Both the position numbers and the translations under genes were made by a program. A stretch of 64,000 nt of DNA. Source: Squalus acanthias (taxonomy: Eukaryota). The notes below the pieces were generated by a model. The model did no database searches and was not told where the DNA came from. It saw only the letters and a program-made list of their open reading frames with translations. Below are positions 48,223 through 59,045 of the stretch, one piece after another; position 1 is the stretch's first letter; each line of letters begins with the position of its first letter. The DNA lies in NCBI GenBank assembly GCA_030390025.1, contig JASTWF010000760.1:124001-188000 (forward strand). Direction: 5' to 3'.

Positions 48223-48261
48223 CAGTTCTGACGAAAGGTCATCGACCTGAAACGTTAACTC
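48223..48261 (+). ncRNA. Minimal type-I hammerhead ribozyme motif (Penelope-derived)
   Basis: agtt-CTGACGA-a-aggtc(atc)gacct-GAAA-cgtt-aact. Confidence 0.6.
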
Positions 48262-48771
48262 TGTTTCTCTCTCCACAGATGCTGCCTGACCTGCTGAGTG
48301 TTTCCAGCATTTTCTGTTTTTATTAAAGAAACGAGGGAGTGATTGCTGACGGGAAGAATGTTGGGTCGTCCTGCGCATGCGCACCTCCCTGGCAGCTGAG
48401 GCGAAACACCGACTCGCCCCCACCTGAGCCGCGCACACGTACCAGATGTTGCGGCTCCACATGCGCGCCCGATGTTCCAACCGCGGGGTTTTGTGCGCTG
48501 AGCATGCGCGTTGTGGACCGATCAGGACAGGCGATTGTGGAGCAGGAGGGAGCGCGCGGGGGCCATGAGCACATGGGCGGGACTCAGAGTCAACAGAGCG
48601 CTTTCTGGAGCGCCGGGGCTTGTGGGTATTACAGCCGCCATTACTGCTGATCCTTTCAACCAACCTGTGCAGCAGCTGGAGCCTGAAAATCAGCTTCACT
48701 GCCCCTAGGTTCGGAAAGGGGAAAATTAAACAACATTTTGCCTCTGATCCTTCTCTGAACTCATTTTACAG

Positions 48772-49768
48772 GATTATAGAAGTGGAGCAGTTACAGGCGG
48801 GAAGCTCAGACCAAACATCACGTCAAGATCTGACAGAGTCGCTCGATTCATCAGGACCTGAATATCATCGGCCTTTGCACATGGAAGGAGAAAGCAGCGA
48901 TCGCAGCGATGACAAACCGCACACGTGTTCGGTGTGTGGACGCGGATTCAGCCGATCGCCTGACCTGGTGAGACACGTGCACCGTCACACCGGGGAGAAA
49001 CCGGGTAAAGGTGGGGACGGTGGGAAGGGATTCAGTTCCCCGTCTGCAATAGAAGTTCAACGGCACAGTCACACCAGGGACAGTCCGTTCACCTGCTCCG
49101 TGTGTGGAAAGGGATTTGTTTGTTCATCCCACCTGGAAACACACCAGCGAGTTCACACTGACGAGAGACCATTTCAGTGTTCTGACTGTGGGAAGAGCTT
49201 TAAAAGCCCCGGGGAGCTGAAGCGACACCAGCGAGTTCACACCGATGAGCGACCGTTTAAATGTTCTGACTGTGGGAAGACCTTTAAAAGCTCCGGGGAT
49301 CTGAAGCAACACCAGCTTGTTCACACTGCGGAGAGGCCGTTTACATGTTCTGACTGTGGGAAGAGCTTTAAAAGTTCCGGGGATCTGAAGGGACACCAAC
49401 ACCTACACACTGCGGAGAGGCCGTTCACCTGCTCCGAGTGTGGGAAGGGATTCACTCAGTCATCCAACCTGCAGAGACACCAGCGCCTCCACACTGGGGA
49501 GAGGATATTCATCTGCTCCGAATGTGGGAAGGCATTCACTCAGTATTCCACCCTGCAGACACATCAGCGAGTTCACACTGACGAGAGACCCTTTAAATGT
49601 TCTGATTGTGGGAAGAGATTTAAAAGCTCCGGGGAGCTCAAGAGACACCAACACCTACACACTGGCGAGAGGCCGTTCACCTGCTCCGAGTGTGGGAAGG
49701 GATTCGCTCGGTCCTCCAACCTGCTGGCACATCAGCGAGTTCACACTGGGGAGAACCCCTTTAAATGA
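48772..49768 (+). CDS. C2H2 zinc-finger gene ZNF-D (9 intact and 1 degenerate finger; final finger lost to a TGT>TGA stop)
   Basis: Acceptor ttttacag at 48764-48771; ATG (MEG) at 48881; tandem fingers. Confidence 0.82.
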
Positions 49769-49824
49769 TCTGACTGTGCGAAGAGCTTTAAAAGTTTATG
49801 GGACACCAGCGTCTTCACACTGAT

Positions 49825-50682
49825 CATCGAATCTAACAGCACAGAAGGAGGTGATTCGGCCAATCGTGTCTGTGCTGGCTCTTTGAAAGAACTGTCCAAT
49901 TTAGTCCCAAACCCCAGCTTTATCCCCAGAACTCTGCAAACTAGTCCTCTTCAAGTACACGTCCAATCACCGTTTGAAAGTTCCTGTGGAACCTGATTCC
50001 AGCATCCTTTCAGATGGTGTGTTCCAGATCTTAACAACCCTCTGTGTGAAAACAATTCTCCTCAGTTCACCTCTAGTTCTTTTAGCAACTATTTTAAATC
50101 TGTGACCTTTGGTTACCGACCCACTTGCCAGAGTGAACAGTTTCTCCCTACTTGCTCGATCAAAACCCCTCATCATTTTGAACACCTCTATTAGGTCTCC
50201 TCTTAACCTTCTCTGCTCTAAGGGGAACAATCCCAGCTTCTCCAATCTCTCCACATAACTGAAGTCCCTCATCCCTGGTACCATCCTGGTCAACCTCCTC
50301 TGCACCCTCTCCAAGGCCTTGACATCCTTCCTAAAGTGTGGTGCCCGGAACTGTACACAAGACTCCAGCTGAGGCCAAAACCCTGCAGCTGTACAAAACC
50401 CTGGTTAGACCACACCTGGAGTACTGTGAGCAGTTCTGGGCACCACACCTTAGGAAGGATATATTGGCCTTGGAGGGAGTGCAGCGCAGGTTTACCAGAA
50501 TGATACCCGGACTTCAAGGGTTAAGTTACGGGGAGAGATTACACAAATTAGGGTTGTGTTCCCTGGAATTTAGAAGGTTAAGGGTTGATCTGATCGAAGT
50601 TTTCAGGATATTAAGGGGAACAGATAGGGTAGATAGAGAGAAACTATTTCCGCTGGTTGGGGATTCTAGGACTCGGGGCATA
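49825..50682. mobile_element. Two older CR1 3' fragments in opposite orientations (minus, then plus), duplicated at 55715-56850
   Basis: RT C-terminal ORFs 49967-50314 (-) and ~50375-50682 (+). Confidence 0.8.
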
Positions 50683-53600
50683 TTGGAGGGGGAGGGCGAA
50701 CAGCCAGCTGTCGTGGTGCACATAGGCACCAACGATATAGGTAAAAAAGGGGATGAGGTCCTAAAAGCAGAATACAGGGAGTTAGGAGTTAAATTAAAAA
50801 AGAGGACCTCAAAGGTAGTAATCTCAGGATTGCTACCAGTGCCACGTGCTAGTCAGAGTAGAAATAGGAGGATACTTCAAATGAATACGTGGCTAGAGGA
50901 ATGGTGCAAGGGGGAGGGATTCAAATTCCTGGGACATTGGAACCGGTTCTGGGGGAGGTGGGACCAGTACAAACCGGACGGTCTGCACCTGGGCAGGGCC
51001 GGGACCGCTGTCCTAGGGAGAGTGTTTGCTAGTGCTGTTGGGGAGGATTTAAACTAATGTGGCAGGGGGTTGGGAACCTGAGCAGGGAGACAGAGGAAAG
51101 CATGTCAGGAAAGGACAGAAGGTATGGAGTAAAAGGTAAAGTCTTAAATAAGGAAAAAGCAGGAAGTAAGTGTCGCAAAACACATTTGAAAGTTCTTTAT
51201 CTGAACGCACGTAGCATTCGTAACAAAATTGAAGAGTTAACGGCACAAATAACTATGTATGGGTATGATCTTGTGGCCATTACAGAAACATGGCTTCAGG
51301 GTGAAAACGTCTGGGAATTAAATATGCCAGGGTATTTAACAATCAGGAAGGACAGGCAGGAAGGAAGGGGAGGAGGGGTGGCTATGTTAATAAAGGAAGG
51401 AATCACTGTAATACAGAGAAATGATATTGGGTCAAAAGATCAGGATAATGAAACAGTTTGGGTAGAGATTAGGAATAATAAGGGGAAAAAAACACTGGTG
51501 GGCGTAGTATATAGGCCTCCTAATAGTTGCAACTCTGTTGGAAGAAGTATTAATCAGGAAATAGTTGGGGCATGTAATAAGGGAACAGCTATAATTATGG
51601 GGGATTTTAACTATAATATTAACTGGACAAATCAAATTGGGCAGGGCAGCCTTGAGGAAGAGTTTATTGAGTGCCTTAGGGATGGATTTCTTGAGCAGTA
51701 TGTAACTGATCCTACAAGGGGGCAAGCAACCTTGGACCTGGTACTGTGTAATGAGTCTGGATTAATTAATAATGTCCTAGTTAAGGATCCCCTTGGAATG
51801 AGTGACCATAACATGGTTGAATTCCATATCCAATTAGAGGGTGAGAAGGTTGGTTCTCAAACAAGCATACTGAGCTTGAATAAAGGAGACTATGATGGCA
51901 TGAGAGCAGAATTGATTAAAGTGGACTGGGAAAATAGATTAAAGTGTAAGACGGTACATGAGCAGTGGTGTTCATTCAAGGAGTTATTTTACAACTTTCA
52001 AAATAAATATATTCCACTGAGGAAAAAAGGGTGTAAAAGAAATGACAGCCATCCATGGCTAAGTAAAGAAATTAAAGAAAGTATCCAACTAAAAACAAGG
52101 ACATATAAGGTAGCCAAAGTTAGTGGGAGGATAGAAGATTGGGAAGTCTTCAAAAGACAACAAAAAGTAACTAAAGGATTGATTAAGAAAGGGAAAATAG
52201 ACTATGAAAATAAATTAGCAAAAAATATAAAAACAGATAGCAAGAGTTTCTATAGTTATATAAAAAGAAAAAGGGTGGTTAAGGCAAACGTAGGTCCCTT
52301 AGAGGATGAGACCGGGAAATTAATGGTGGGAAACATGGAGATGGCAAAAATGCTGAACAAATATTTTGTTTCAGTCTTTACGGTAGAGGACACTAAGAAT
52401 ATCCCAACACTGGACAAACAGGGGGCTCTAGTGGGGGAGGAGCTAAATACGATTAAAATTACTAAGGAATTGGTACTCAGTAAAATAATGGGACTCAAGG
52501 CGGATAAATCCCCTGGACCTGATGGCTTACATCCTAGGGTCTTGAGGGAAGTGGCAGTAGGAATTGTGGATGCTTTGGTAATAATTTTCCAAAACTCCCT
52601 GAACTCAGCAAAGGTCCTGGCAGATTGGAAAACTGCTAATGTAACACCCTTATTTAAAAAGGGTTGTAGGCAGAAGGCTGGGAATTATAGACCAGTTAGC
52701 CTAACATCTGTGGTGGGTAAAATTTTGGAGTCTATTATTAAGGAGACAGTAACGGAACATTTAGATAAACATAATTTAATAGGACAAAGTCAGCATGGCT
52801 TTATGAAGGGGAAGTCATGTCTGACAAATTTGCTCGAGTTCTTTGAGGACATAACGTACAGGGTGGATAAAGGGGAACCAGTGGATGTAGTGTATTTAGA
52901 CTTCCAGAAGGCATTCGACAAGGTGCCACATAAAAGATTATTACTTAAGATAAAAAATCACTGGATTGGGGGTAATATTCTGGCATGGGTGGAGGATTGG
53001 TTATCTAACAGGAAGCAGAGAGTTGGGATAAATGGTTCATTCTCGGACTGGCAACCAGTAGCCAGTGGTGTTCCGCAGGGGTCGGTGCTGGGTCCCCAAC
53101 TCTTTACAATCTATATTAATGATTTGGAGGAGGGGACCGAGTGTAACATATCAAAGTTTGCAGATGATACAAAGATGGGAGGGAAAGTAGAGAGTGAGGA
53201 GGACATAAAAAACCTACAAGGGGATATAGACAGGCTGGGTGAGTGGGCAGAGATTTGGCAGATGCAATACAATATTGGAAAATGTGAGGTTATACACTTT
53301 GGCAGGAAAAATCAGAGAGCAAGTTATTATCTTAATGGCGAGAAACTGGAAAGTACTGCAGTACAAAGGGATCTGGGGGTCTTGGTGCAAGAAAATCAAA
53401 AAGTTAGTATGCAGGTGCAGCAGGTGATCAAGAAAGCCAATGGAATGTTGGCTTTTATTGCTAGGGGGATAGAATATCAAAACAGGGAGGTATTGCTGCA
53501 GTTGTATAGGGTATTGGTGAGACCGCACCTGGAGTACTGCATACAGTTTTGGTGTCCATACTTAAGAAAAGACATACTTGCTCTCGAGGCAGTACAAAGA

Positions 53601-54192
53601 AGGTCCACTCGGTTAATTCCGGGGATGAGGGAGTGGACATACGAGGAGAGGTTGAGTAGATTGGGACTCTACTCATTGGAGTTCAGAAGAATGAGAGGCG
53701 ATCTTATTGAAACATCTCAGATTGTGAAGGGGCTTGATCGGGTGGACGCGGTGAGGATGTTCCCAATGATGGGTGAAACTAGAACTAGGGGACATAATCT
53801 TAGAATAAGGGGCTCCTCTTTCAAAACTGAGATGAGGAGAAACTTTTTCACTCAGAGGGTAGTGGGTCTGTGGAATTTGCTACCCCAGGAAGCTGTGGAA
53901 GCTACTTCATTAAATAAATTTAAAACAGAAATAGACCGTTTCCTAGAAGTAAAGGGAATTAGGGGTTACGGGGAGCGGGCTGGAAATTGGACATGAGGCT
54001 GAGTTCGGATCGGTCGAGGCCCTGGGGGTGGCGGAGCGGGCCCAGGGGCTGAGTGGCCTGGTCCTGCTCCTACTTCTTGTGTTCTTTAGATTTGAGGTTG
54101 GATCAGATCAGCCATGATATTATTGAATGGCGGAGCAGGCTCGAGGGGCCGATTGGTCTACTCCTGCTCCTATTTCTTATGTTCTTATGTTC
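50683..54192 (+). mobile_element. Young CR1 LINE, 5'-truncated in ORF1, with intact ORF2
   Basis: ORF1 esterase tail (HIGTND, DGLHL), 979-aa ORF2, 3' stem-loop and (ATGTTCTT)n tail. Confidence 0.95.
51057..53996 (+). CDS. CR1 ORF2p: APE endonuclease plus reverse transcriptase
   Basis: YLNARS, ITETW, GDFN, SDH endonuclease motifs; QGSVLGP and FADD RT motifs; no stops. Confidence 0.95.
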   Translation: MWQGVGNLSRETEESMSGKDRRYGVKGKVLNKEKAGSKCRKTHLKVLYLNARSIRNKIEELTAQITMYGYDLVAITETWLQGENVWELNMPGYLTIRKDRQEGRGGGVAMLIKEGITVIQRNDIGSKDQDNETVWVEIRNNKGKKTLVGVVYRPPNSCNSVGRSINQEIVGACNKGTAIIMGDFNYNINWTNQIGQGSLEEEFIECLRDGFLEQYVTDPTRGQATLDLVLCNESGLINNVLVKDPLGMSDHNMVEFHIQLEGEKVGSQTSILSLNKGDYDGMRAELIKVDWENRLKCKTVHEQWCSFKELFYNFQNKYIPLRKKGCKRNDSHPWLSKEIKESIQLKTRTYKVAKVSGRIEDWEVFKRQQKVTKGLIKKGKIDYENKLAKNIKTDSKSFYSYIKRKRVVKANVGPLEDETGKLMVGNMEMAKMLNKYFVSVFTVEDTKNIPTLDKQGALVGEELNTIKITKELVLSKIMGLKADKSPGPDGLHPRVLREVAVGIVDALVIIFQNSLNSAKVLADWKTANVTPLFKKGCRQKAGNYRPVSLTSVVGKILESIIKETVTEHLDKHNLIGQSQHGFMKGKSCLTNLLEFFEDITYRVDKGEPVDVVYLDFQKAFDKVPHKRLLLKIKNHWIGGNILAWVEDWLSNRKQRVGINGSFSDWQPVASGVPQGSVLGPQLFTIYINDLEEGTECNISKFADDTKMGGKVESEEDIKNLQGDIDRLGEWAEIWQMQYNIGKCEVIHFGRKNQRASYYLNGEKLESTAVQRDLGVLVQENQKVSMQVQQVIKKANGMLAFIARGIEYQNREVLLQLYRVLVRPHLEYCIQFWCPYLRKDILALEAVQRRSTRLIPGMREWTYEERLSRLGLYSLEFRRMRGDLIETSQIVKGLDRVDAVRMFPMMGETRTRGHNLRIRGSSFKTEMRRNFFTQRVVGLWNLLPQEAVEATSLNKFKTEIDRFLEVKGIRGYGERAGNWT

Positions 54193-54595
54193 CAACCGCG
54201 GGGTTTTGTGCGCTGAGCCTGCGCGTTGCGGACCGATCGGGACGGGCGATTGTGGAGCAGGAGGGAGAGCGTGGGGGCCATGAGCACATGGGCGGGACTC
54301 AGAGTCAACAGAGCACTTTCTGGAGCGCTGGGGCTTGTGGGTATTGCAGCTGCCATTACTGCTGATCCCTTCAACCAACCTGTGCAGCAGCTGGAGCCTG
54401 AAAATCAGCTTCACTGCCCCTAGGTTCGGAAAGGGGAAAATTAAACAACAGTTTGCCTCTGACCCTTTTCTGAATTTGATTTACATGGTTATAGAAGTGG
54501 AGCAGTTACAGGCGGGAAGCTCAGACCAAACATCACGTCAAGATCTGACAGAGTCGCTCGATTCATCCGGACCTGAATATCATCGGCCTTTGCAC

Positions 54596-55728
54596 ATGGA
54601 AGGAGAAAGCAGCGATCGCAGCGATGACAAACCGCACACGTGTTCGGTGTGTGGACGCGGATTCAGCCGATCGCCTGACCTGGCGAGACACGTGCACCGT
54701 CACACCGGGGAGAAACCGGCTAAAGGTGGGGACGGTGGTAGGGATTCAGTTCCCCGTCTGCAATAGAAGTTCAACGGCGCAGTCACACCAGGGACAGTCC
54801 GTTCACCTGCTCCGTGTGTGGAAAGGGATTTGTTTGTTCATCCCACCTGCAAACACACCAGCGAGTTCACACTGATGAGAGACCATTTCAACGTTCTGAC
54901 TGTGGGAAGCGTTTTAAAAGCTCCGGGGATCTGAAGGGACACCAGCGAGTTCACACTGTGGAGAGGCCATTCACCTGCTGTGTGTGTGGGAAGGGATTCT
55001 TGCAGTCCTCCATCCTGCTGACACACCAGCTTGTTCACACTGACGAGAGACCCTTTAAATCTTCTGAGTGTGGGAAGAGCTTTAAAATCCCCCGGGAGCT
55101 CAAGCGACACCAGCGAGTTCACACTGGAGAGAGGCCGTTCACCTGCTTTGTGTGTGGGAAGGGATTCACTCAGTCATCCAACCTGCAGAGACACCAGCGC
55201 CTCCACACTGGGGAGACGATATTCATCTGCTCCGAATGTGGGAAGGGATTCACTGAGTCATCCACCTTGCAGACACACCAGCTTGTTCACACTGACGAGA
55301 GACCCTTTAAATGTTCTGACTGTGGGAAGAGCTTTAAAAGCTCCGGGGAGCTGAAGAGACACCAACACCTACACACTGGGGAGAGGCCGTTCACCTGCTC
55401 TGTGTGTGGGAAGGGATTCGCTCGGTCCTCCAACCTGCTGGTACATCAGCGAGTTCACACTGGAGAGAACCCCTTTAAATGTTCTGACTGTGGGAGAAGC
55501 TTTAAAAGCTCTGGGGAGCTGAAGAGACACCTGCTCCTCCACACTGGCGAGAGGCCGTTCACCTGCTCCATGTGTGGGAAAGGATTCACTGAGTCATCCA
55601 CCCTCCTGTCACACCAGCTTGTTCACACTGACGAGAGACCCTTTAAATGTTCTGACTGTGGGAAGAGCTTTAAAAGCTCTAAGAGCCTTAAGAGACACCA
55701 GCGTCTTCACACTGATCATAGAATCTAA
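54596..55728 (+). pseudogene. ZNF-E, frameshifted duplicate of ZNF-D (13 finger units)
   Basis: 1-bp deletion at ~54739 relative to ZNF-D; acceptor AG>AT at ~54486; two fingers have lost a Cys. Confidence 0.82.
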
Positions 55729-56854
55729 CAGCACAGAAGGAGGTGATTCGGTCCATCGTGTCCGTGCCGGCTCTTTGAAAGAGCTGTCCAATTTAGTCCC
55801 AAACCCCAGCTTTATCCCCAGATCTCTGCAAACTAGTCCTCTTCAAGTACACGTCCAATCACCGTTTGAAAGTTCCTGTGGAACCTGATTCCAGCATCCT
55901 TTCAGATGGTGCGTTCCAGATCTTAACAACCCTCTGTGTGAAAACAATTCTCCTCATTCACCTCTAGTTCTTTTAGCAACTATTTTAAATCTGTGACCTT
56001 TGGTTACCGACCCACTTGCCAGAGTGAACAGTTTCTCCCTACTTGCTCGATCAAAACCCCTCATCATTTTGAACCCCTCTATTAGGTCTCCTCTTAACCT
56101 TCTCTGCTCTAAGGGGAACAATCCCAGCTTCTCCAATCTCTCCACATAACTGAAGTCCCTCATCCCTGGTACCATCCTGGTCAACCTCCTCTGTACCCTC
56201 TCCAAGGCCTTGACATCCTTCCTAAAGTGTGGTGCCCAGAACTGTACACAAGACTCCAGCTGAGGCCAAAACCCTGCAGCTGTACAAAACCCTGGTTAGA
56301 CCACACCTGGAGTACTGTGAGCAGTTCTGGGCACCACACCTTAGGAAGGATATATTGGCCTTGGAGGGAGTGCAGCGCAGGTTTACCAGAATGATACCCG
56401 GACTTCAAGGGTTAAGTTACGGGGAGAGATTACACAAATTAGGGTTGTATTCCCTAGAATTTAGAAGGTTAAGGGGTGATCTGATCGAAGTTTTCAGGAT
56501 ATTAAGGGGAACAGATAGGGTAGATAGAGAGAAACTATTTCCGCTGGTTGGGGATTCTAGGACTCGGGGCATAGTCTAAAAATTAGAGCCAGACCTTTCA
56601 GGAGTGAAATTAGGAAACACTTCTACACACAAAGGGTGGTAGAAGTTTGGAACTCTCTTCCGCAAACGGCAATTGATGCGAGATCAATTGTTAATTTTAA
56701 ATCTGAGATTGATAGGTTTTTGTTACCCAAAGGTATTAAGGGATATGGGCCAAAGGCGGGTATATGGAGTTAGGTCACAGATCAGCCATGATCTCATTGA
56801 ATGGCGGAACAGGCTCGAGGGGCTGAATGGCCTCCTCCTGTCCTATGTTCCTAA

Positions 56855-58255
56855 CTAGTGATTTGTAAAGGTTTAGTGTAACTTCCTTGTTTTTGTATTC
56901 AATGGCCCTATTTACAAAGCCAAGTATCCCATACGCTTTCTGAACCGCCTCACCAACTTGCCGTGGCACTTTCAAAGATTTGTGAATATGGACCCCCAGG
57001 TCCCTCTGCTCTTGCACCCCCTCAAAATAGTCCCATTTAGATTATACGGCCTCTCCCTGTTGTTTCTCCCAAAGTGCATCACTTCACACTTATCCTCATT
57101 TAATTTCATCTGCCTTGTGTCTGCTCATTTCACAGTCTGTCTCTGTCCTCCTGAAGTCTGCTACTACTATGCTCACTATTTACTACGTTGCCAAGTTTTG
57201 TATCATCTGTAAACTTCAAACTTGTCCACCTATACCCAAGTCCAGGTCAGTTATATATAACAAGAAAAGCAATGGTCCTAATCCCGACCCCTGGGGGAAC
57301 CCACTGCATACTTCCCTCCAGTCAGAAAAACATCCCTCAGCACTGCTCACTGTCTCCTCTCCCTTAGCCAATTATATACCCAAATTACCATCAGCCCTTT
57401 CATTCCCTGTGCTTCTATTTTCCAAGTAAGTCTCTTATGTGGTACTTTATCAAATGCCTTTTGAAAGTCCATATAAACAACATCTGCTGCACTACCTTCA
57501 TCAACCCTCTGTTACTTCATCAAAGAACTCAATCAGGTTAGTCAGACACGATTTACCTTTAACAAATCCATACTGGCTGCCCCTTATTAACCCATGCTTC
57601 TCCAAGTGAGAATTAATTTTGTCCTTGACAATGGTCTCTAGTCGTTCACCCATCACTGACATTAGACTGATTGGCCTGTAGTTACCAGGTTTATCCCTCT
57701 CCCCTTTTTTAAACAGGGTGTAACATTTGCAATCCTCCAGTCCTCTGGCACCACTCCCATATATCTGAGGGAGATTGAAAGATTGTGGTCAGAGCTTCTG
57801 CTATCTCCACCCTAGCTTCCCTCAGCAATCTAGGATGCATCCCATCTGGACCGGGTGACTTGTTAACTTTGAGTGATGACAACCTATTTAGCACCTCCTT
57901 TCTATCCATTTTTATCCTATCCAATTTCTCTACTCCCCCCTCCTCTACTGCGACATTAACTTCATCCTCTTCTTTTGTGAAGACAGATGCTAAGTACTCA
58001 TTCAGTACCTCAGCCACGCCCTCTGCCTCCGTATGATGAGCTCCTATTTGGTCCCTAATCGGCCCCACCATTCCTTTAACTATCCTTTTACTTTTGATAC
58101 GTTTATAACAGATTTTTGGGTTCCATAGAAACATAAACATAGAAACATAGAATCTAGGAGCAGGAGTAGGCCATTCGGCCCGTCGAGCCTGCTCCGCCAT
58201 TCAATACGATCATGGCTGATCATCCAAATCCAGTACCCTGTCCCTGCTTTAATCC
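56855..58255 (-). mobile_element. Old CR1 RT fragment plus a separate CR1 3' tail
   Basis: KSPGPDGMHPRLL and other RT remnants; atagaaac tail at ~58126. Confidence 0.75.
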
Positions 58256-58261
58256 CCACAG

Positions 58262-58530
58262 TACACATATCCCACCCTACCGCCGTAACCCCACGTATTT
58301 AATTCCCCCGAACATATCCCATCCTATCCCCGGAACCCCACATATTTAATCCCCCCTAACACTAAGGGTCAATTTATCATAGCCAAATCAACCTAACCCA
58401 CACATTTTTTGGACTGTGGGAGGAAACCGGAGCACCCGGAGGAAACCCACGCAGACACGGGGAGAATGTGCAAACTCCACACAGACAGTCACCCGAGGTC
58501 AGATTCGAACCCGGGTCTCTGGCGCTGTGA
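58262..58530 (-). mobile_element. HE1-type V-SINE, 5'-truncated
   Basis: Nearly the same as 27030-27250. Confidence 0.82.
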
Positions 58531-58577
58531 GTTCCCTTTTACATGACCCAGTAATCTTTTCTTGTATCCTCTCCCTT

Positions 58578-59045
58578 GTGTCAGCTGTGGCTCAGTGGGT
58601 AGCACACTCGCCTCTGAGTCAGAAGGTTGTGGGTTCTAATCCCACTCCAGGGACTTGAACACATAAAGCTAGGCTGACACTCCAGTGCAGTGCTGAGGGA
58701 GTGCTGCACTGTTGGAGGTGCTGTCTTTCTGATGAGACTTTAAACTGAGGCCACGTCTGCTCTCTCAGGTGGATATAAAAGATCCCATGGCACTATTTCG
58801 AAGAAGAGCAGGGGAGTTATCCCCGGTGTACTGGCCAATATTTATCCATCAATCAACATAACAAAAACAGATTATCTGGTTATTATCACATTGCTGTTTG
58901 TGGGAGCTTGCTGAGCACAAATTGGCTGCCGTGTTTCCCACATTACAACAGTGACTCCACTCCAAAGGTACTTCATTGGCTGTAAAGAGCTTTGTGATGT
59001 CTGGTGGTTGTGAAAGGCGCTATATAAATGCAAGTCTTTCTTTCA
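58578..59045 (+). mobile_element. SacSINE1-like SINE, full length
   Basis: tRNA A/B-box-like head, Deu-type body, tctttctttc tail. Confidence 0.85.

Noticed and set aside
50338-51057. RT-esterase fusion protein
   Set aside because: Chance in-frame junction between an old CR1 fragment and the ORF1 tail of the younger CR1 at 50682/50683
58578-58655. tRNA gene
   Set aside because: The tRNA-like sequence is a SINE head continuing into the SINE body; the same applies at ~48140-48211 and ~27215-27288
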